The translations under genes were made by a program, and so were the position numbers. From the NCBI GenBank assembly GCA_964373885.1, contig CAYJWM010000003.1, positions 1-62,860 on the forward strand: a stretch of DNA of 62,860 nt, read 5' to 3'. Of this stretch, positions 58,825-62,860 are shown in pieces. The number at the start of each line of letters is the position of its first letter. The stretch's first letter is position 1. The notes beneath the pieces were generated by a model. It made no database searches and was not told the DNA's origin. It worked only from the letters and a program-made list of their open reading frames with translations. Source of the stretch: an uncultured bacterium. Lineage in GTDB: Bacteria > Omnitrophota > Omnitrophia > Omnitrophales > Danuiimicrobiaceae.

Positions 58825-59325
58825 ATGACTTCCTCGTTATTTAAGATCCGGACTTTTCCGGATCCCGTGCTGCGCAAAATTTCGCTGCCCGTAACAAAAA
58901 TAGACCCCGCACTTCTCGCGTTTGTCAGAAAACTTGAGGAAACCATGGAAGCCCAACCGGGCGGAATCGGGATTGCAGCCCCCCAAGTGGGTGTTTTAAG
59001 GCAAGTTGCGATCGTAGATGTATCGCCAAAGGAAGCCGGCACCCAACGGCTCATTTTGATCAATCCGGTCATTTTAGAGCGTTTTGAGGAGAAGATCGTC
59101 AGGGAGGGGTGTATGAGCTTGCCGCATTATACCGCCAATGTCACGCGGGCCGGGCGGATTCGGCTTCGCTGGTTTGATTTGGAGATGAGGCGGCGGGAGA
59201 AAGTATCCTCGGAGTTAGAAGCAATTTGTATTCAACATGAGGTGGATCATTTGAACGGAATGCTGTTTTTGGACCGGGTGGGCTGCCTTAATAGCGATGT
59301 GTTTCGCCGCAAACGCTACTTGTAA
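58825..59325 (+). CDS. def: peptide deformylase (full length)
   Basis: 166 aa with motif 1 GIGIAAPQVG, motif 2 EGCMSLP and motif 3 HEVDHLNG. Confidence 0.93.
   Translation: MTSSLFKIRTFPDPVLRKISLPVTKIDPALLAFVRKLEETMEAQPGGIGIAAPQVGVLRQVAIVDVSPKEAGTQRLILINPVILERFEEKIVREGCMSLPHYTANVTRAGRIRLRWFDLEMRRREKVSSELEAICIQHEVDHLNGMLFLDRVGCLNSDVFRRKRYL
58929..59313 (+). repeat. 385-bp direct repeat, copy 1 (inside def)
   Basis: Identical by eye over its full length to 60695-61079. Confidence 0.9.
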
Positions 59326-59358
59326 CTTTTTCTTTATTCTTCAATAACGCCCTATCTG

Positions 59359-59386
59359 CTCTAAAAAAGTCTTGACTTTTTTAGAG
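59359..59386. repeat. 28-bp perfect palindrome overlapping the cassette promoter -35
   Basis: CTCTAAAAAAGTC-tt-GACTTTTTTAGAG, two 13-bp arms. Confidence 0.7.
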
Positions 59387-59399
59387 TATGGTCTAATAT
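59372..59399 (+). promoter_or_regulatory. promoter candidate for ATPase copy 2 (TTGACT-16 nt-TAATAT), ATG 6 nt after the -10
   Basis: TTGACT at 59372-59377 and TAATAT at 59394-59399. The ATG is at 59406 with no Shine-Dalgarno, giving a leaderless-like geometry as for copy 1. Confidence 0.45.
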
Positions 59400-59405
59400 T
59401 TAGGC

Positions 59406-60626
59406 ATGATCCCGAGAACTGCTTTAAATACCGTTTCAACCATTACGGAACGTTACCAGAAGATGGTATTTTTGACCGGTCCGAGACAGGTTGGCAAGAC
59501 CACGCTTGCTCAGGGCTATCAAAAACAATTCTCCCAAAGCTTTTATTTCAACTGGGATGATCTTCATCACCAAAAAATGCTGGCCAAGGAGCCCTATTTT
59601 TTTGAGAAGCAAAATAGGGATCCCAAAAAGCCTTTTCTTGTGGTTTTGGATGAAATTCACAAATATGCCCGCTGGAAGAATTATCTCAAAGGAGCGTTTG
59701 ACAGCTTCGGGAAAGAATTTCTTTTTTTAGTGACCGGGAGCGGACGCCTTGATCTTTTTAAAAAAGGGGGTGACAGCCTTCTTGGCCGGTATTTCAGCGT
59801 AAAACTTTTCCCCTTAAGTGTTGGGGAATTAGAGCAATCTTTTCCGTCTCTTTCTGATTTCAAATCCCGCTTACAGGAAATGCCGGAATATTCAAAAAAG
59901 AGAAGGGGAACCTATGAACAGCTCTTTGAGATGAGCGGATTTCCGGACCCATTTCTCAAAGCTGAAAAGAAATTTTACCATCTCTGGTTTAAAGAACGGA
60001 AATCTTTACTGCTCCGGGAAGATATTCGGAATGCGGCCAACATCCGTGAGCTCTCACTTTTGGAAATATTTTCTCATCTCATTCCCGGCCGCATTGGCAG
60101 CCCTCTGTCTTTAAATGCGCTTCGTGAAGATACCGGCGTCGCTTTTGAAACCATTCGGGACTGGACGCTCGTTCTTGAGCAGTTTTATTATTTGTTTCGT
60201 CTTACCCCCTATTTCAAAAACGTGGCGCGTGCCTTGAGAAAGGAAACAAAGGTGTATCTGTACGATTGGGTGGAAGTGGAAGATCCCGCGCTTAGGTTTG
60301 AAAACATAGCGGCTTTGCATTTGTGGAAAGCCGTGAATATGTGGCAGGACCAGGGTGAAGAAGCGATATCGCTCCACTATCTTCGCGATAAGGACAAGCG
60401 GGAAGTCGATTTTGCCCTTGTTCACAAAAAAAGCCCCTTTTGTTTGATTGAGTGCAAAGCGGGGCAGGATGAGATGTCACCGTCTTTGGTTTATTTTCAA
60501 AAGAAATTAAATGTTCCTATAGCGGTTCAACTCGTTCATCAGCCGGGAATCTGCAAAAAAATGAAGGACGGCAGTTTGACCCGCTGGGTCATTTCCGCCG
60601 ACCGCTGGCTCGCGCTTTTACCTTAA
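59406..60626 (+). CDS. AAA+ ATPase with C-terminal PD-(D/E)xK-like module (COG1373 / AAA_14-DUF4143-type), copy 2
   Basis: 406 aa with Walker A GPRQVGKTT and Walker B LVVLDEIH. C-terminal HYLRDKDKREVDF...CLIECK. Confidence 0.8.
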   Translation: MIPRTALNTVSTITERYQKMVFLTGPRQVGKTTLAQGYQKQFSQSFYFNWDDLHHQKMLAKEPYFFEKQNRDPKKPFLVVLDEIHKYARWKNYLKGAFDSFGKEFLFLVTGSGRLDLFKKGGDSLLGRYFSVKLFPLSVGELEQSFPSLSDFKSRLQEMPEYSKKRRGTYEQLFEMSGFPDPFLKAEKKFYHLWFKERKSLLLREDIRNAANIRELSLLEIFSHLIPGRIGSPLSLNALREDTGVAFETIRDWTLVLEQFYYLFRLTPYFKNVARALRKETKVYLYDWVEVEDPALRFENIAALHLWKAVNMWQDQGEEAISLHYLRDKDKREVDFALVHKKSPFCLIECKAGQDEMSPSLVYFQKKLNVPIAVQLVHQPGICKKMKDGSLTRWVISADRWLALLP

Positions 60627-60659
60627 TCTTGCATGACTGCTTAAAACAGTTGTCTCATC

Positions 60660-61091
60660 ATGGATACACAAATCCAGGGTCAAGGAAAGGAGGAAAAACT
60701 TGAGGAAACCATGGAAGCCCAACCGGGCGGAATCGGGATTGCAGCCCCCCAAGTGGGTGTTTTAAGGCAAGTTGCGATCGTAGATGTATCGCCAAAGGAA
60801 GCCGGCACCCAACGGCTCATTTTGATCAATCCGGTCATTTTAGAGCGTTTTGAGGAGAAGATCGTCAGGGAGGGGTGTATGAGCTTGCCGCATTATACCG
60901 CCAATGTCACGCGGGCCGGGCGGATTCGGCTTCGCTGGTTTGATTTGGAGATGAGGCGGCGGGAGAAAGTATCCTCGGAGTTAGAAGCAATTTGTATTCA
61001 ACATGAGGTGGATCATTTGAACGGAATGCTGTTTTTGGACCGGGTGGGCTGCCTTAATAGCGATGTGTTTCGCCGCAAAAAATATCTCTGA
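60660..61091 (+). pseudogene. 5'-truncated duplicate of def (lacks the first ~35 codons, retains all three catalytic motifs)
   Basis: From KLEETMEAQPGG to FRRK the protein is identical to def. The N-terminus is replaced by the unrelated MDTQIQGQGKEE. The last residues are KYL rather than RYL. Confidence 0.7.
60695..61079 (+). repeat. 385-bp direct repeat, copy 2
   Basis: Identical by eye to 58929-59313. Confidence 0.9.
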
Positions 61092-61093
61092 TT

Positions 61094-62827
61094 TTACGAT
61101 TTACTCTGTTTCGAATATAGTGTCGCGATGCGAACCCTGGCCAAATCCATTTCCGGGTTTAAACGCAAGGCAGTTTCAAAAAAGCGGATTGCTTCATCGG
61201 TTTTTCCTTGCAAATGGTACATTTGACCCAGATTGAAATAAGCGGAAGCATTGCTTGGATTTAACGAAATGGCGTGGCAGGTATATGCGATCGCTTCTTT
61301 TAACTTTCCCTTTTTCGCTGACGCATTTCCGAGGTTTATGTAGGCCCCGTGGTGGTTGGGATTGATTTCAAGCGCTTTGGCGTACTGCTCAATTGCTTCG
61401 TCAAGCTTACCTTTTTCCTCCAACGCCACCCCTAGATGGTTGCGGGCGATTATTTGTTCCGGCGCAAGTTGTACCGCTTCCCGAAAATGTGAAATAGCGG
61501 AATCCACCTCGCCACGTTCAAATAGCGCAATCCCAAGGCCTTGATGTGCGATCGCACTCTGGGGCCGCTTTGCCAGGGTATCGCTCCAGATTGAAATGGC
61601 GCTTTGATATACGGCGTTGCGCTGGATGGTAAGGATGCTGAGTGTGAGCAGGGAAGTGAGTAGGATCCCGAAACTGATGTATCTAGGGTTTTTGCCCTGC
61701 ATCTTTGTGCGGGTGAATATGAAATGGAGCAATTTATGGACTGTGATGACGGTAAGGACTACAAGCACCGCAAGGGGCAGATACATGCGCCGATCCGCGG
61801 CAGGCCCTGAATTGGGATGGAAAAAGCTTGAGGTGGGGGCAAGAAAAAGAAAAAAAGAAAGCCCTAGAAATCCGAGACTGCTTTTTCGCCAAAATAGCCA
61901 TAACGATGCTCCAAAGAGCAGTGCAATAAAAAAGGTGTGCGGGAGCACTTGGCGGAATGTTTGAATGAGAGGCCAATTGTAATCAAAGCACAAGGCGCGC
62001 GGCCAGAAGGCCAGTTTTAAATAATGGGTCAAGACTTCCATCTGTGTGGCTAAATACGGCAAACTAAAACTGTTTCGCGGGGCATTCATTCCCAATGTTG
62101 ATTGCGGAGGGTTAAAAATAAGCAGCCCGAAGAGAATGATCCAAGTTGAAAAGAGGGCCAAATAAAATGGCGCTCTCAAACGAAGCGGTTTCTTAAATGA
62201 TTTTGAGATGAATACGGCATCATATAAAAAAATGACGATCGGAGCTCCTACCATTGATTCTTTTGTGGCCATGCCCAAAGCACAGAATGTCACCGCCGTA
62301 ACGAGCCAATAAACACTTGCTGAAGATTGAAATCCCCGAATGGCGCAATAAAAAGTCGCAAGAAAAAAGAAACCCATAAAGGATTCGCTCCTTTGAATGA
62401 TATACGTCACGCTTTCCGTTTGAATCGGATGGGCAAGCCAAAGCAAGGCAGAGACAAGGGCAAGTGTTGTTGCCGCGCTTCCGCAGCTTTGCCGCAAAAA
62501 CCCGGACGAGAGCGTCCGCCGGATAATGGCGAAGAGGAGAACAGCGTTCAGACAGTGGACCGCAATATTGGTCAGCCGATAGCTCCGGACGTCCAATCCT
62601 GAAAAGTGATAATTCAGCGCCAATGAAAATACGGTGAAAGGTCTTCGTGGATCACCCAGAAAAAAGTTCTCAAGGGAAGTCAGGCGGCGGATGTAGGGAC
62701 TGTGTACAATGTAGGTGCTATCGTCAAAAATGAACGGCGCCGGAATGCTGTTCCAGTAGATGAGAACTGCCACGGTGCTGAAAAGTAACGGTATGAGAAT
62801 GCGTCTGTGAGATTCCAGGGCTTGCAC
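61094..62827 (-). CDS. polytopic membrane protein with C-terminal TPR repeats (PMT/TMTC-like putative glycosyltransferase)
   Basis: 577 aa with a GTG start. About 10 hydrophobic segments in the N-terminal 400 aa, then 4-5 TPR units (AIAHQGLGIALFERGEVDSAISHFREAVQL...). The only minus-strand gene; convergent with the def copy at a 2-bp gap. Confidence 0.65.
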   Translation of the reverse strand: MQALESHRRILIPLLFSTVAVLIYWNSIPAPFIFDDSTYIVHSPYIRRLTSLENFFLGDPRRPFTVFSLALNYHFSGLDVRSYRLTNIAVHCLNAVLLFAIIRRTLSSGFLRQSCGSAATTLALVSALLWLAHPIQTESVTYIIQRSESFMGFFFLATFYCAIRGFQSSASVYWLVTAVTFCALGMATKESMVGAPIVIFLYDAVFISKSFKKPLRLRAPFYLALFSTWIILFGLLIFNPPQSTLGMNAPRNSFSLPYLATQMEVLTHYLKLAFWPRALCFDYNWPLIQTFRQVLPHTFFIALLFGASLWLFWRKSSLGFLGLSFFLFLAPTSSFFHPNSGPAADRRMYLPLAVLVVLTVITVHKLLHFIFTRTKMQGKNPRYISFGILLTSLLTLSILTIQRNAVYQSAISIWSDTLAKRPQSAIAHQGLGIALFERGEVDSAISHFREAVQLAPEQIIARNHLGVALEEKGKLDEAIEQYAKALEINPNHHGAYINLGNASAKKGKLKEAIAYTCHAISLNPSNASAYFNLGQMYHLQGKTDEAIRFFETALRLNPEMDLARVRIATLYSKQSKS

Positions 62828-62860
62828 GATTATAATGTCCTATAATATATCTTATGTAAA

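Larger units (their letters stand above)
59314..60694 (+). mobile_element. 1381-bp single-gene cassette (promoter + ATPase) bracketed by the def direct repeats
   Basis: This is the unique sequence between two identical 385-bp repeats. It has its own promoter and palindrome. No recombinase gene is present. Confidence 0.4.

Noticed and set aside
1-62860. Search by eye for tRNA, rRNA, tmRNA, RNase P or SRP RNA signatures, for CRISPR arrays, and for transposase, integrase or reverse-transcriptase genes.
   Set aside because: None was recognised. The structured repeats are not regularly spaced direct repeats, so they are not CRISPR. No RT, TnpB or IscB-like ORF is adjacent, so retron msr/msd or omega-RNA explanations have no support in this window.
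62828-62860. TATAAT immediately (1 nt) upstream of the GTG start of the minus-strand TPR gene, with TTTACA further upstream.
   Set aside because: The geometry would place the TSS inside the ORF, and the window ends here. Neither the promoter nor the true start can be placed reliably.

Overview
This is a 62.9-kb bacterial chromosomal window. Every confident gene is on the + strand except the last, a convergent TPR membrane protein. I cannot assign a taxon from sequence alone. I found no rRNA, tRNA, CRISPR array, transposase or integrase.

**Housekeeping backbone**
- 25-4815: cdsA-dxr-rseP-proS.
- 4915-15078: an XRE/cupin regulator followed by a TolC-like/MFP/RND/RND efflux operon.
- 15836-28073: nusA-infB-DUF503-rbfA-DHH phosphoesterase-truB-ribF-rpsO-pnp-dut-ftsK.
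- 28543-32724: rimO-pgsA-pgpA-cinA-thpR.
- 51253-59325: RNase G, rmuC, three small unknown genes, MFS transporter, acyP, cca, ACT-domain protein, def.

**Type IV pilus (T4P) locus, 33.0-51.2 kb**
- Gene order is a stand-alone MshEN-like protein, two full-length PilB/GspE ATPases, pilC, pilS, pilR, two pilins, then pilMNOPQ.
- A roughly 4-kb accessory insert splits the locus. It carries an AAA+/PD-(D/E)xK ATPase, a frameshifted and truncated Rhs N-terminal remnant, and a Fic protein.

**Most unusual observations**
1. A second paralog of that ATPase sits in a 1.38-kb single-gene cassette bracketed by a perfect 385-bp direct repeat of the 3' part of def.
2. Several families of structured intergenic repeats are present. 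One is a pair of about 149-nt multi-hairpin elements whose stems differ by compensatory changes.
3. GTCAT...ATGAC palindromic elements are concentrated in the pilus locus. Two are inserted in frame inside signal-peptide coding regions (pilP and a small secreted ORF).
4. The stand-alone MshEN-like protein has an intact-looking c-di-GMP-binding motif and lies upstream of the two tandem PilB-class ATPases. No PilT is present in the window.

All coordinates and motif matches were read by hand. No database search was run.
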